From the IMG/VR virus record IMGVR_UViG_3300042508_000428: a stretch of 64,000 nt of DNA; one strand, written 5' to 3'. The notes beneath the pieces were generated by a model, which was not told the DNA's origin, searched no databases, and saw only the letters and a program-made list of their open reading frames with translations. The position numbers and the translations under genes are program-made. Positions 1-10,992 of this stretch are shown here, in pieces (the first letter of the stretch is position 1; each line of letters begins with the position of its first letter). This DNA comes from a virus.

Positions 1-1089
1 GCTGCTGTTATCCCTGTTTCTAGAGAAGCCTTATTAAATCAATATTTAAGAGATTTAACAGTACCAAACATAGATAGTAAAAGAACTTTTTATAAAGGTT
101 TGGTGACTTTTATTGTAGACGAAAATAGTAGTGAATTTAGACTAGATGACATATTTTTGGATGCAATTGCAGAACAAGATAGAAATTCTAATACTAATAC
201 TACAAAAAATAACAAAAAACTACTATTTGTTCATATACCATTCTTTACAACAAGTAGTAGAATAAATACAACAGAGATATCAAATTATGATAACTTTAAT
301 AAACTAAAAGTCTTTTACAACGAAGATAAACCAATAAAAGTTGGAGATATAGCACTAATAGAATTTGAAACAAAACAAAATTTTTTGTTTCCAATAGTAA
401 AACAAATAATACCATCAGAAACAGCATTTAAACCTGGAAATACAGAAATATCATTAACCGCTTTTCAAGATGTACAACCATATCCCTCTTTAAATATATC
501 CCCTCCTGAGTCACAAGATCAAATACAAAAAAAAGAAATAACTCGTCCAGGTGGTGGGTATAGTGATGCTTTAAAAGAAATAGAAAAAGTTTTTCAATCA
601 GATTTTATAGAATATTACACAGAATTACTTCAAGATCCAGACAAAAAAGTTAAAATTAATTTAAAAATTGAAAAAGTTACTGCTCTTGAAGAATTATATA
701 ATTATTTAACAAGTTTACCAATAACAACAAATTATCAAATTATTCCGGAAAACGATCCAACAAAAAAAGATTATTTAGTATATATTTATGCTTCTTCACA
801 GACAGAAAACATAAATAATGTTGGATTTACTAATGGGTTTTTTAATTATATAAAACAATATTTTTCTTCTACTTTAAAGTTTAGTATAAATCCGATATCT
901 TTTGGAGATGATTTTAGGTTTTCTTTAGATGTAAATTTAAACGAATTAAACGGTTCTAGTAAAACTTTAAATAATTATTTAGAAATTTCAAAACAAACTT
1001 CTCTAGATGTTCAAAAAAATTATGTGTTTGAAAATATACCGCAAAAATCTATTCCGGGAATAATTACTGATAACACAGGTATAGCGTAA
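1..1089 (+). CDS. Hypothetical protein, 5'-truncated (probably baseplate-associated)
   Basis: Frame 1 is open from base 1 (AAVIPVSREALLNQYLRDL...) into the listed ORF 100..1089, so the true start lies upstream of the window. Function inferred only from position before the spike gene. Confidence 0.5.
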   Translation, partial: AAVIPVSREALLNQYLRDLTVPNIDSKRTFYKGLVTFIVDENSSEFRLDDIFLDAIAEQDRNSNTNTTKNNKKLLFVHIPFFTTSSRINTTEISNYDNFNKLKVFYNEDKPIKVGDIALIEFETKQNFLFPIVKQIIPSETAFKPGNTEISLTAFQDVQPYPSLNISPPESQDQIQKKEITRPGGGYSDALKEIEKVFQSDFIEYYTELLQDPDKKVKINLKIEKVTALEELYNYLTSLPITTNYQIIPENDPTKKDYLVYIYASSQTENINNVGFTNGFFNYIKQYFSSTLKFSINPISFGDDFRFSLDVNLNELNGSSKTLNNYLEISKQTSLDVQKNYVFENIPQKSIPGIITDNTGIA

Positions 1090-1105
1090 AATATAGGAAT
1101 TTTAT

Positions 1106-2164
1106 ATGTCCGTAATTAATACTTCAAATGTTGATTCTTTAGTTTTTCAGATGCAATCTATAGAGGCTGCATTAAAACAAAATATAGAGCAACAAAAAAA
1201 GACGGTAGAAAATTTTGTTAGAGCGCAAAAAGATAAAATTAAATCTTCAGAAAATTTAAGCAAAAAATTAGCAGAAGGATCAATTTTACCAGAAGAATAT
1301 CAAAAAAAGATAAAAGAAGTAGATGATAACTTAAATCAAATTTATCATCGCAGTCCGACACCGGATGTTCAAAAAGGTAAAAACGGCAGTATTGTTGCCA
1401 AACATAAAAATAAATTAGGTTTTATTTTTATTGGAGATACATTAAATGCAGAAGAAAATGATTTATTTAATGTAAATTCTCCTAAAATAACTCTTGCCGT
1501 TGGTGGCGCACTAGAGACCTCTTTCAATCCATTTAAAAACAATCCTGCATTTGTTGACCCTAGAGAAGAATTTATACCACAAGCATCGGCACAAATACAT
1601 CTCATTTCCAGTTCGGATATAGACGTGGAAGGAATAGCCGCTCAATCTGCGTTTAGAAACAAATCTGCTGTAAAAATTAGATCAGATGTGCTAGATTTTT
1701 CCGCCAATCAAGCAGTAATAATAAGAAGTTTAAACACTCCCTATATTGCTGGAGTTAGATCGTATTCTCCTGGCGGTGTTCATATAGTTTCTGGAAAGGG
1801 AGAAGGGTCAAATTTTAAAGAACCAGAACCAATGGTTTTAGGAACATCTTTAAATTTTGTTTTAAATGATATTATGAAATTAATTGGAGATATAATATCT
1901 GTAATTAAAGATATAAATACTGGAATAATTTCACTAAAAACGGTTTTATCTTTACACACACACATAGTTCCACTACCAACTCCAATACCAACAGCACCCT
2001 CTGTAGAATTAGTGACTCACAACACTACAACTGCTATTACAGAAGATCTGTTGAATACTGGAAATTTATATTCAATTTTGTTTAATGCAGAACTTTTAAA
2101 GTTAAATGATTTAATGGAAATGTCTCCAAAATCTTTTACAAGCAAATTTAATAGGGTAAATTAA
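1106..2164 (+). CDS. Baseplate central spike protein (gp5 C-terminal/gpV-like)
   Basis: Beta-repeat-like middle region (DVLDFSANQAVIIRS) and C-terminal HTH motif (SLHTHIVPLPTPIPTAPS) like the His-x-His metal-binding apex of contractile-tail spikes; upstream of gp25/gp6 wedge genes. Confidence 0.6.
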   Translation: MSVINTSNVDSLVFQMQSIEAALKQNIEQQKKTVENFVRAQKDKIKSSENLSKKLAEGSILPEEYQKKIKEVDDNLNQIYHRSPTPDVQKGKNGSIVAKHKNKLGFIFIGDTLNAEENDLFNVNSPKITLAVGGALETSFNPFKNNPAFVDPREEFIPQASAQIHLISSSDIDVEGIAAQSAFRNKSAVKIRSDVLDFSANQAVIIRSLNTPYIAGVRSYSPGGVHIVSGKGEGSNFKEPEPMVLGTSLNFVLNDIMKLIGDIISVIKDINTGIISLKTVLSLHTHIVPLPTPIPTAPSVELVTHNTTTAITEDLLNTGNLYSILFNAELLKLNDLMEMSPKSFTSKFNRVN

Positions 2165-5100
2165 TGGCAAGACAAATTCCTTTGAGCGAAATAAGGCAGT
2201 ATACTTCTAGAAGTAACGTAAATACTTGGTTGCCAAGTATTAGTGGTAATTTAGTTAATTTTGCAAAAACTTTTACTTTGAACGGCGAAAATTATAATGG
2301 AGCAAGCAGTTTAGGAGAAATTAATTCAAATACAATATTTGGAAAAGGTAAAGATGAACTTGGAAAAACATATGACAATACTAAAGTATTAGAAGAAAAT
2401 TTACTTAAATTTTATTTAACATTGTATTGCCTACTGCAAGATCCATTAAAAAACCAGAAATTTGCTGGACCTTCAATAGAAGGAACTGCAACAGTCAAAA
2501 ACGATCGTCTTTTTACAAAAGATTTACAAAATTTATTTTTTAATTTACAAACATATAATACAAATCTAATAACTCCAAACACAGAAATAGCGAAAAAAAT
2601 ATCAAGATCTATTACATGTGATGCAGTTAGATATTACAAAAAAGATTTGGTTGGCGATGTTGATCCTATTCAAGATCAAGTTAAATTTACAAATTTAATT
2701 AAATTTGCTCAAAAACTAAATGGAAATTATCAAAAGAATGTTGCAGGAGTTTTAGGAAAAGTTACTTACGATAGTATTATTAAACATACTTTATATTCAT
2801 TATTAAAACAAAATAATTTTATAAAAGATTTAGAATCAACTGATGCTTGGACAGTTAAAGCTTCAAAGGTACAACCAACAAAAACAGATATTTTTGTTGA
2901 CGTTGCAGGTGGACCTTATTTAAGAGCGTTTCCAGTTGCTTGTGTGGTTTTTAACGATACTTCTGGTAAAACTTTGAATGAATTATTGCCAACAGCAAAT
3001 AATTTAGTTGGACAAGCTTTTGGGAGAAAATTAGACGGGACAAATCAATTAGTTACAACAATAATTGATAAAGAAAAAAATTTCCTAGAAGTTCAAAATA
3101 GAGCAACAGGTTCCTCACTTTACTGTATTGTTTATGACTTAATAAAAGTATTGGTTTTAGATCCAATTCCAGAAGAAAACATCTTTTTAGATTTAATAAA
3201 AATAGGTCTTTCGCTATTAAGTCGTAAAGGCTTTACACAAAAATATAAATTTACTAAAGACAGTCTATTTAAACAAATAAGTGAAATTAAAAATTATTTA
3301 AATGCTAATTTTACTAATTTAGATAATAATAAATATAACATCTTATATCAAAATAAACATAATCTAGAAACATCATATATTTTAAAAGATGCCATAGAAT
3401 CAATAAAACCAAAAACAGCAAAAGAATTTTCTGTTCAAATACAAAATCTAGGTAATTCATTAGAAAATGTTTATCAACAAATCTTGCAAAGTGTTAATAC
3501 AGATGCCTTTTATCTACATTTTGACACTTTTTATAATTTGCTGGCGGTAACAGCCGACAAACAAATAACAGCATCTACACAATCTCCTCCTGCTGATGGA
3601 CCATTTGTCTTAGAAGAATACTCGGCTAAAGGATTGGAATCTGATCTAATAAAAACATTTTTTCAAAATTCAAACACATTACCAAAGTATGGAGATAAAG
3701 ACCTTTATGAGTTTAATCCAATCATTGCTCAAACACAAAAAATTATTTCTATAACTGATTCTTTTATTTCTGAATTTTATGGAATTTTAGACGATCAAGA
3801 GTCTTTATTATTATATGATACTGATGAAAATTCTACAGTTGATGATGTTAAGACAATTTTAAATATAAATTTATTAAAATTAATTGATGATAGAACGGGT
3901 GGGAAATATAAATTAAGTAAAAGTAATTATATTTCTAAAGATGCTCAAGGAAAGGTAAATACAGTTTCTTTGCCCCCTAGTATCAATAAATTAGATATAA
4001 ATACTTTAAACTATTCTTTTGACTCTGTCGGAATTCCAAAAATAAAATTACAAACTTTAAGTCACTTTTTGTTCACTGATTTAATTACAAACCCAAAAGA
4101 AGATGATTTTATAAAACTAATTTATTATCCAAGATTAAAGTTGTCTACTAGCACATCGTTACCTACTGATGAAACAGATAGAAGAAAATCCGAACCACCA
4201 GAAGATAAACGAGAAAGAAGTGGTTTGGAAGGTATACCAATACCAAAATTAGATGATGTGCTAAATCCAAAAGAAAAAAATAGAGATTTCTTAATAAATA
4301 ATATTATCACTAGCGAACTAGCATGTTATGAAGACATTGCTGAGAGTATAGATGCTTTAGTAAATTCTGATTTTTCACCAGAGGAAAAAATCTCTAAAGT
4401 TTTTAAAGTAATATATAACATAGGATTTCCGTTTCTATTGGCAACAGTTTCACAAATAATATCTTCTAAGTTATCAGAATTGCTAAAAGACGGGGAGACA
4501 ATAGATCCAGATCTTCTTGCTTGCGTAAATAAAGATCTAGATAAAGTTAAAAAAACAATTATAAATTATGCTGATCTTCTAGCAAACCTAGATAATGCAG
4601 AACAATTAGCAGGTTTATTTTTACAAGAAATTCCAGACATACCACAGATCCCAAATATACCATATTTATTAACTTTTGATTCAGAAGAGGAATTAAAAAG
4701 AAAAGTTATTCAATATGTTATAGATGGAGTAATGCAATTCTTGTCTGGGGCAATTAAAAAAGTTTTAAAGAATTTTATTGATATTTGTAATGCTGATAGT
4801 TATTTGTTTGCATTTTTACAAAGCGCCTTTGATTTAGGAGAGGATACTGGTAAAAAACTTAGTTCTCCAACTCCATCGGGCATGGTTGCAGGCAATATAA
4901 GCCCAGTCTATATACCAGTATCTATAACCGACATAAATGACTTGATAGATAAAAGTGGCATTGAGACAAAAGAGTTTGTTTATGAAGCTTTTAGAAAAAC
5001 ATTTTTTGTTAATAAAACAGAATATGGCGATCAAGAAATCTCTATATTCTTTTCAAAGATTAGTGAAGTTGTAGATGCTGGAGAAATGGCATCATTATTA

Positions 5101-6636
5101 AAAGGAACATCTAGTATTGAAACGAGAAATGTTGTTCTAGGTTTTATAAAAAATTATCTTGTTTCTTCATCTGGTGTTGGTAAATTTTATCTTGTAATTT
5201 CTGATGATCAAGGCATACAATTATTGTTTTCTTTTCTATCACAATATATAAATTATAGATTGTGTTATGAACAACTTAGTAAATCAATAGCAAATTTCAC
5301 TCCAACAGTTTGTTTTAATCCAAATTCAAAATTTGATGAGTATAACAAAATTTTTAACGAAGATGCTATTGAACAAGAAAAAAACAACTTGTTAAGATCA
5401 TTAGATGATTTATGTTCTACAAAATTACCTGATGTTTTTGATTTACTTGATAATGGACCAACTGTTGTAACAAAGAATTTTATAAAAACAATTGTAAATG
5501 CAGTAAGTGTTGCGACATCTTATAAGCCACAAATATTGTCTGTAGGACCGCAACCAGTAACTCCTCAATCAATATATGATTCTGCTCTTTTGTTAGAAGA
5601 AGGACAAAATACACTAAATTTAATAAAAAAATTAAAAGAAAAATCAAGTTATATATTGAACCAAGCGTTTAGGATTGGTATGTCATTTACTGATTATAAT
5701 TTTCTTATTACATATCCAGGAGGACAAGTTGCAGGAGTGACTTATAATGATTATCCAGAACCAACAATAAAAGATAATAAAATTATAGCAGTTCAATCCC
5801 CAACGGCAAGATTTTTTCAGAGAATTGGTTATGAAAATAATATTACTACAACAAAATATGTTGATTTTGAAAATGAATATGAATTTACTAAAAATTTTGT
5901 AACTCAATTTTTAGATGCTGTAAAATGGAAAAACATAGAAAAACCAGCATATCAAAATAATCCAACGCTTTCTCTTTATAATGAAAAAATTTCTGATAAT
6001 TTTATTTTTGATGAGTATTTTGCAAAACAATCTAAAGTTCCAGAAAATGTTGCAAAACTATGGAAAACTGTTAGAAAAGAAGGAATTTTAAACTATACGA
6101 ACATATCTAATGAAAAATATCAAGAAAATATTTTTATCTCTGAATTATTATGGCTTTATTATTTATATCTACTATCTAATTTTCATCAACCATTTATCGA
6201 TGAAGTTAATAAATCAGTCGGTTCAGAAGAAGAAGACAATACAATAAAACAATTATTTAAAGTAGTAAAAGAAACTCCATCTTTGGAACAATATTATATT
6301 TTCTCCGCAAAAATTTATGAAATGGCATATCAATTAGAGCAAGAATTATTAGGAGACAGCACTATAATAGATGAAGATTTGAAACCTTGGTTAAATTTAG
6401 AAATTAACAAATTCCCACTATATGCGATTAATCGTGGTAATTATAGTGAAGAAATAAAAACATATGTTAAAAATCTTGGTAACTATGCAATTAAAACAGA
6501 CATGGGAGCGATAGATGGATATTTAAAAGAATATGAAATTTTTAGAAAAACAGATACAAGAATATACGACTCAATATCTCCAGGAGTACCTGTTTCAGAT
6601 CCAAATTTGATAATAAACTTTATTGAGGAAGAATAA
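2164..6636 (+). CDS. Large hypothetical protein, likely virion/baseplate-associated
   Basis: 1490-aa intact ORF translationally coupled to the spike gene (TAATG overlap); no diagnostic motif recognised. Confidence 0.45.
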   Translation: MARQIPLSEIRQYTSRSNVNTWLPSISGNLVNFAKTFTLNGENYNGASSLGEINSNTIFGKGKDELGKTYDNTKVLEENLLKFYLTLYCLLQDPLKNQKFAGPSIEGTATVKNDRLFTKDLQNLFFNLQTYNTNLITPNTEIAKKISRSITCDAVRYYKKDLVGDVDPIQDQVKFTNLIKFAQKLNGNYQKNVAGVLGKVTYDSIIKHTLYSLLKQNNFIKDLESTDAWTVKASKVQPTKTDIFVDVAGGPYLRAFPVACVVFNDTSGKTLNELLPTANNLVGQAFGRKLDGTNQLVTTIIDKEKNFLEVQNRATGSSLYCIVYDLIKVLVLDPIPEENIFLDLIKIGLSLLSRKGFTQKYKFTKDSLFKQISEIKNYLNANFTNLDNNKYNILYQNKHNLETSYILKDAIESIKPKTAKEFSVQIQNLGNSLENVYQQILQSVNTDAFYLHFDTFYNLLAVTADKQITASTQSPPADGPFVLEEYSAKGLESDLIKTFFQNSNTLPKYGDKDLYEFNPIIAQTQKIISITDSFISEFYGILDDQESLLLYDTDENSTVDDVKTILNINLLKLIDDRTGGKYKLSKSNYISKDAQGKVNTVSLPPSINKLDINTLNYSFDSVGIPKIKLQTLSHFLFTDLITNPKEDDFIKLIYYPRLKLSTSTSLPTDETDRRKSEPPEDKRERSGLEGIPIPKLDDVLNPKEKNRDFLINNIITSELACYEDIAESIDALVNSDFSPEEKISKVFKVIYNIGFPFLLATVSQIISSKLSELLKDGETIDPDLLACVNKDLDKVKKTIINYADLLANLDNAEQLAGLFLQEIPDIPQIPNIPYLLTFDSEEELKRKVIQYVIDGVMQFLSGAIKKVLKNFIDICNADSYLFAFLQSAFDLGEDTGKKLSSPTPSGMVAGNISPVYIPVSITDINDLIDKSGIETKEFVYEAFRKTFFVNKTEYGDQEISIFFSKISEVVDAGEMASLLKGTSSIETRNVVLGFIKNYLVSSSGVGKFYLVISDDQGIQLLFSFLSQYINYRLCYEQLSKSIANFTPTVCFNPNSKFDEYNKIFNEDAIEQEKNNLLRSLDDLCSTKLPDVFDLLDNGPTVVTKNFIKTIVNAVSVATSYKPQILSVGPQPVTPQSIYDSALLLEEGQNTLNLIKKLKEKSSYILNQAFRIGMSFTDYNFLITYPGGQVAGVTYNDYPEPTIKDNKIIAVQSPTARFFQRIGYENNITTTKYVDFENEYEFTKNFVTQFLDAVKWKNIEKPAYQNNPTLSLYNEKISDNFIFDEYFAKQSKVPENVAKLWKTVRKEGILNYTNISNEKYQENIFISELLWLYYLYLLSNFHQPFIDEVNKSVGSEEEDNTIKQLFKVVKETPSLEQYYIFSAKIYEMAYQLEQELLGDSTIIDEDLKPWLNLEINKFPLYAINRGNYSEEIKTYVKNLGNYAIKTDMGAIDGYLKEYEIFRKTDTRIYDSISPGVPVSDPNLIINFIEEE

Positions 6637-6648
6637 GAAGGATTTAAT

Positions 6649-7356
6649 ATGCTTGGTTATGGATTAGCAAATTCTTATACGCAAAAATTTTCAGTAGAAA
6701 ATATAGTATATTCTTTTTTAAATCGATGTATTATTTCAAATCTAACGTATTTGTTAGGAATTAAAATTATTATTAATAGAAATATAAATCCAGATGTTTT
6801 ATTCTTATCTGATCTTCTAAAGCCGAACATAGAAAGCCTTGATGAATATCAAATTTATGTTGATGAATTATATAATTTATTTATAGAGGAAGAATATCAT
6901 CTAACAAGAGCAATAGAAGTTGACAACACAAATCTAGAGATAGATTATCAAAAAGAATTATATAAATATTTAATGTCTTCAAACGTCATAAACAACAAAG
7001 ATTATAATTTTGATAAAAAATTAAAAGAAGAAGTAATATTAGAAGGTGAAAATAATTTAAAAAAAATATTTAAAAACGTTTTACTACTATATTTAAACAG
7101 CTCCATACCTTTAACTGGAAACTCACCAGAAGTTAATAATCTTCTTAATAACGAAGGATCATCTTTATTTATAAGACCAGATCTTGAATTTGTTTTACCA
7201 CTAGTATTTACAAGATATAGGAAGGATTTATTACTACTTAAATCAAGTGGGTTTTTTAATTTTTATGATAAAAATAAATTTTTAGATATAAGAAATAATT
7301 ACTTAGAGATTCTAAAAAGACAAGTAAGTGGTCTGGGCGGGCAAAGGATTATATAA
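6649..7356 (+). CDS. Hypothetical protein
   Basis: 235-aa ORF, AGGA upstream of ATG, in operon. Confidence 0.5.
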   Translation: MLGYGLANSYTQKFSVENIVYSFLNRCIISNLTYLLGIKIIINRNINPDVLFLSDLLKPNIESLDEYQIYVDELYNLFIEEEYHLTRAIEVDNTNLEIDYQKELYKYLMSSNVINNKDYNFDKKLKEEVILEGENNLKKIFKNVLLLYLNSSIPLTGNSPEVNNLLNNEGSSLFIRPDLEFVLPLVFTRYRKDLLLLKSSGFFNFYDKNKFLDIRNNYLEILKRQVSGLGGQRII

Positions 7357-7357
7357 A

Positions 7358-7738
7358 ATGGCGCAAGGAATATCAGTTTCACTACCTCTTTTTTATGATA
7401 AGCAAGATGGACCATTTAAATTAAATAAAACAATACAAGAATCGGTCAAACAGAATTTTAAAAATTTAATTCTTACAAACAAAGGGGAAAGAATAATGGA
7501 TCCTCTGTTTGGAGTTGGTATTTATTCTTATTTGTTTGAAAATTATTCACAAGCAACTCAATCCATAATTAATGCAGAAGTGGTATCACAAGTAAATAAA
7601 TATTTACCATTTATTACAATACAACAACTTTTATTAAATGAAACCTCGACAAATTTAAATCAATTTTATATTTATATAAAGTACTCTATAAATTCTTTAG
7701 ATGTATTGGACGAACTTAGTTTTGTCGTAACAAGATAG
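7358..7738 (+). CDS. gp25: Baseplate wedge subunit, gp25-like (sheath initiator)
   Basis: Motif QNFKNLILTNKGERIMDPLFGVGIYSYLFE typical of gp25/GPW family; ATG at 7358 preferred to the track start 7328. Confidence 0.9.
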   Translation: MAQGISVSLPLFYDKQDGPFKLNKTIQESVKQNFKNLILTNKGERIMDPLFGVGIYSYLFENYSQATQSIINAEVVSQVNKYLPFITIQQLLLNETSTNLNQFYIYIKYSINSLDVLDELSFVVTR

Positions 7739-7750
7739 TGAGAAACAAAT

Positions 7751-9541
7751 ATGATTAAAACTAAACCACCTATTTCTTATACAAGCAGAGATTTTGCTTC
7801 TATCAGAAATGATTTAATAAATTATGTAAAGGTATATTACCCAGATACATATAAAGATTTCAACGAAGCGTCTTTCGGAGCTTTGATGGTCGATATGGTT
7901 GCATATGTTGGCGATATTTTGTCATATTATGTTGATTATCAGACAAATGAATCTTTTATAGAAACAGCAATAGAGAGAAATAATCTTATAAAAATTGCCA
8001 AACAAATGGGATACAAATTTACTGGATCCCCTTCCTCTACTGGTATTTCTGCATTTTATGTTTCTGTTCCTGCTTTGGCAAATGGTGGTGGAGAAAATAC
8101 AGATCTAATACCTGTCTTGAAAAAAGGTACTTTATTAGGATCGGATTCTGGAGCATCTTTTATATTGGCAGAAGATCTAGATTTTTCAAATCCAAAAGCG
8201 GAAAAGAAAGTAATAAAAGAAACTGCAAACAGCAATCCAACTGGTTATGCTTACAAAATGTATGGCAAAATAATCTCTGGTGAGGTTAGACAAAAGCAAA
8301 TTGTTATTGGAGATTATGAAAAATTTTTAAAATTACAAATTGATGATGAAAGAATATCAGAAGTTATTAGTGTTTACGATTCTGTTGGTAATGAATACTA
8401 TGAAGTAGATTATTTAACACAAGACACAATATATAGAGAAATTAAAAATACTTCCTCAGATTCAATAAATGCTCCATTTTTTTTGAAAGAATTTCAAACA
8501 TTTAGAAAGTTTGTTACTGAATTTGATGAAGATGGAAATTGTTATTTACAATTTGGATTTGGATCGGAAACAGAGTTTGTAGAAAACAATTTTCCAGATC
8601 CAAGCGACGTATCTTTACAACTATTTGGAAAAAACTATTATACAGATAGTTTATTTGATCCAAACGTAATATCAACAACAGAAACACTAGGAATATCTCC
8701 AGCAAATACAACTTTAACAATTGTATACAGAGTCAATACAAGTGATACAGTTAATGCAGCGGTTTCTACTGTTAATGTTGTTGTGGATCCTGTATTAAGT
8801 TTTCAAACAAACAATTATTCACAAACGGAAGCGTCTTCTTTGTTGCTAGGTCTAGAAGTTGATAACGAAGAACCGATTGTTGGGTCAGCAGAAATTGTAA
8901 GTAATCAGGAAATAAGATTAAGAGCGTATGGAGCTTTTGCAACTCAAAATAGAGCAGTTACAAAACAAGATTATGTTTCAATAGCATATAGAATGCCTTC
9001 TAAGTTTGGAACAGTTAAAAGAGTTTCTTTGGTGCAGGACTTAGATTCCTCCAAAAGAAATCTTAATCTTTATATCGTTTCTGTAACTTCTGATAATGAA
9101 TTAACTTTAGCTACTGACACTATAAAACAAAATCTTAAAACGTGGATTTCTAAGTATAAAATGTTAAACGATACAGTGGACATTCTTGATGCCACAATTA
9201 TAAATATAGGTATTAATTTTGAAATAATCACAGAACTTACAAAAGACTCTACGATTATATTAAATGATTGCCTAACAAAGTTAAAAGAAATGTTTACAGA
9301 AAAAATGAATATTGGTGAACCACTTTATTTAACAGAAATTTATAAAACATTAAATGCTGTTCCTGGAGTCGTTGATACAAAATCCGTATCCGTTTTCCAA
9401 AAAACAGGATCTGGATATAGTTCATCTCAGTTCCCAATATTTGATAATTTATCAAAGGACGGAAGATATCTGTCAGTACCAGAAAATGTAATATTAGAGA
9501 TTAAGAGTCTTGATGATGATATTACTGGAGTAACATTATAA
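7751..9541 (+). CDS. gp6: Baseplate wedge subunit, gp6/baseplate-J-like
   Basis: N-terminal YTSRDFASIRNDLINY...DFNEASFGALMVDMVAYVGDILSYYVD and C-terminal QNRAVTKQDY motifs of T4 gp6 family; follows gp25. Confidence 0.9.
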   Translation: MIKTKPPISYTSRDFASIRNDLINYVKVYYPDTYKDFNEASFGALMVDMVAYVGDILSYYVDYQTNESFIETAIERNNLIKIAKQMGYKFTGSPSSTGISAFYVSVPALANGGGENTDLIPVLKKGTLLGSDSGASFILAEDLDFSNPKAEKKVIKETANSNPTGYAYKMYGKIISGEVRQKQIVIGDYEKFLKLQIDDERISEVISVYDSVGNEYYEVDYLTQDTIYREIKNTSSDSINAPFFLKEFQTFRKFVTEFDEDGNCYLQFGFGSETEFVENNFPDPSDVSLQLFGKNYYTDSLFDPNVISTTETLGISPANTTLTIVYRVNTSDTVNAAVSTVNVVVDPVLSFQTNNYSQTEASSLLLGLEVDNEEPIVGSAEIVSNQEIRLRAYGAFATQNRAVTKQDYVSIAYRMPSKFGTVKRVSLVQDLDSSKRNLNLYIVSVTSDNELTLATDTIKQNLKTWISKYKMLNDTVDILDATIINIGINFEIITELTKDSTIILNDCLTKLKEMFTEKMNIGEPLYLTEIYKTLNAVPGVVDTKSVSVFQKTGSGYSSSQFPIFDNLSKDGRYLSVPENVILEIKSLDDDITGVTL

Positions 9542-10992
9542 TGAGCATTAGAAGATATATAGCAAACTCAGATAATACCATAACAAATGCTTTCGAAGCA
9601 GATCTTACTACTCGCGGTACAGGGTCAAACATGGGAGCTTCTGATATTCTTGAAGTGTTTACCATCTACGGGCAAACAAGCGGCGCTTCTGGTTATACGA
9701 GAGAGGAATCAAGAATTTTAATTAATTTTCCAATCTCAACAATTTCTTCGGATAGAACATCTAAATATATACCTGCTTCTGGTTCTGTGAGTTTTTTCTT
9801 AAAACTATACAATGCTATACATACATCCACAACTCCAACTAATTTTACTTTAAAAGTTGCCCCAGTTTCTGCTTCTTGGACTGAAGGCTTTGGTCTTGAT
9901 ATGGATGAGTATCAGGACCTTGGAGTATCAAATTGGATTTCTGCTTCTTTGACTTCTGGTTGGACTAATCAAGGTGGAGATTTTTTAACCGGTTCTGGGG
10001 CCTCTACTGGCTCTCAAACATTTGTTCTTGGAACTGAAGATTTAGATGTTGATATTACTGCTCAAGTTGAAAAATGGATCGCAGGAACAACTGGTTCATA
10101 CGGACTCGCGGTTTATCTAGATCCAGTACAAGCTACAGAGGCAAGATCATATTATACTAAAAAGTTCTTCGCAAGAACAAGTGAATTTCAATTATGGAGA
10201 CCACACATAGAAGCAAGATGGAATTCTCAAATTGCAGACGATCGTGGTAATTTCTATATAAGCAGTTCTTTACTATCCACAGAAAATGTAAATACAGTAT
10301 ATCTTTACAACTATAGAAACGGAAAAGCAACAGATATTCCATCAATAGGAACTGGAAATGTTTATGTAAAAATCTATGAAACTCTTGGTGGTTCTGCTTC
10401 CTCTATGCCAGTTGCTGGTGGTGTTTCTGCGGGCAATACGTCGGTTGTAACGGGCGGTTGGGTTTCTACCGGTGTCTACTCCGCCTCGTTTGCTTACACG
10501 GGTTCTGCGTCAACAATTTACGATGTATGGCAGAATCAAGCTGGTACAACTCTGTTTCACACAGGTACAATTTATCCAATAACTTACAATGCCTCTGGGG
10601 ACTCGGATATACCAAATTATGTATTAAAAGTCACAAATGCTCAACAAAAATATTATCAAAATGACAAGCCAAGACTAAGATTATTTGTTAGACAAAGGGA
10701 TTGGAGTCCGACAATATATAATGTCGCTTCTACAGAAATAGAGTCTACAATAATCGAAAAAGCTTACTACCGCCTATTTAGAGTACAGGACAATTTTGAT
10801 GTTGTCCCATATGGAACAGGAAGTACACAACACACTCTCCTGTCTTTTGATGTAAGCGGAAACTACTTTGATTTTGATATGTCTATTCTAGAAAAAGGAT
10901 ATATGTACGGTTTCAAATTTGCTTTTGACTTACAGCAAAATGGTCAAATAGAAGAACAACCATATATCTTTAAATTTAGAGTAGAAGAATAA
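9541..10992 (+). CDS. Putative virion structural protein (baseplate region)
   Basis: 483 aa, Ser/Thr/Gly-rich beta-sandwich-like (WTEGFG, WTNQGGDF, KKFFARTS); coupled to gp6. Confidence 0.5.
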   Translation: MSIRRYIANSDNTITNAFEADLTTRGTGSNMGASDILEVFTIYGQTSGASGYTREESRILINFPISTISSDRTSKYIPASGSVSFFLKLYNAIHTSTTPTNFTLKVAPVSASWTEGFGLDMDEYQDLGVSNWISASLTSGWTNQGGDFLTGSGASTGSQTFVLGTEDLDVDITAQVEKWIAGTTGSYGLAVYLDPVQATEARSYYTKKFFARTSEFQLWRPHIEARWNSQIADDRGNFYISSSLLSTENVNTVYLYNYRNGKATDIPSIGTGNVYVKIYETLGGSASSMPVAGGVSAGNTSVVTGGWVSTGVYSASFAYTGSASTIYDVWQNQAGTTLFHTGTIYPITYNASGDSDIPNYVLKVTNAQQKYYQNDKPRLRLFVRQRDWSPTIYNVASTEIESTIIEKAYYRLFRVQDNFDVVPYGTGSTQHTLLSFDVSGNYFDFDMSILEKGYMYGFKFAFDLQQNGQIEEQPYIFKFRVEE

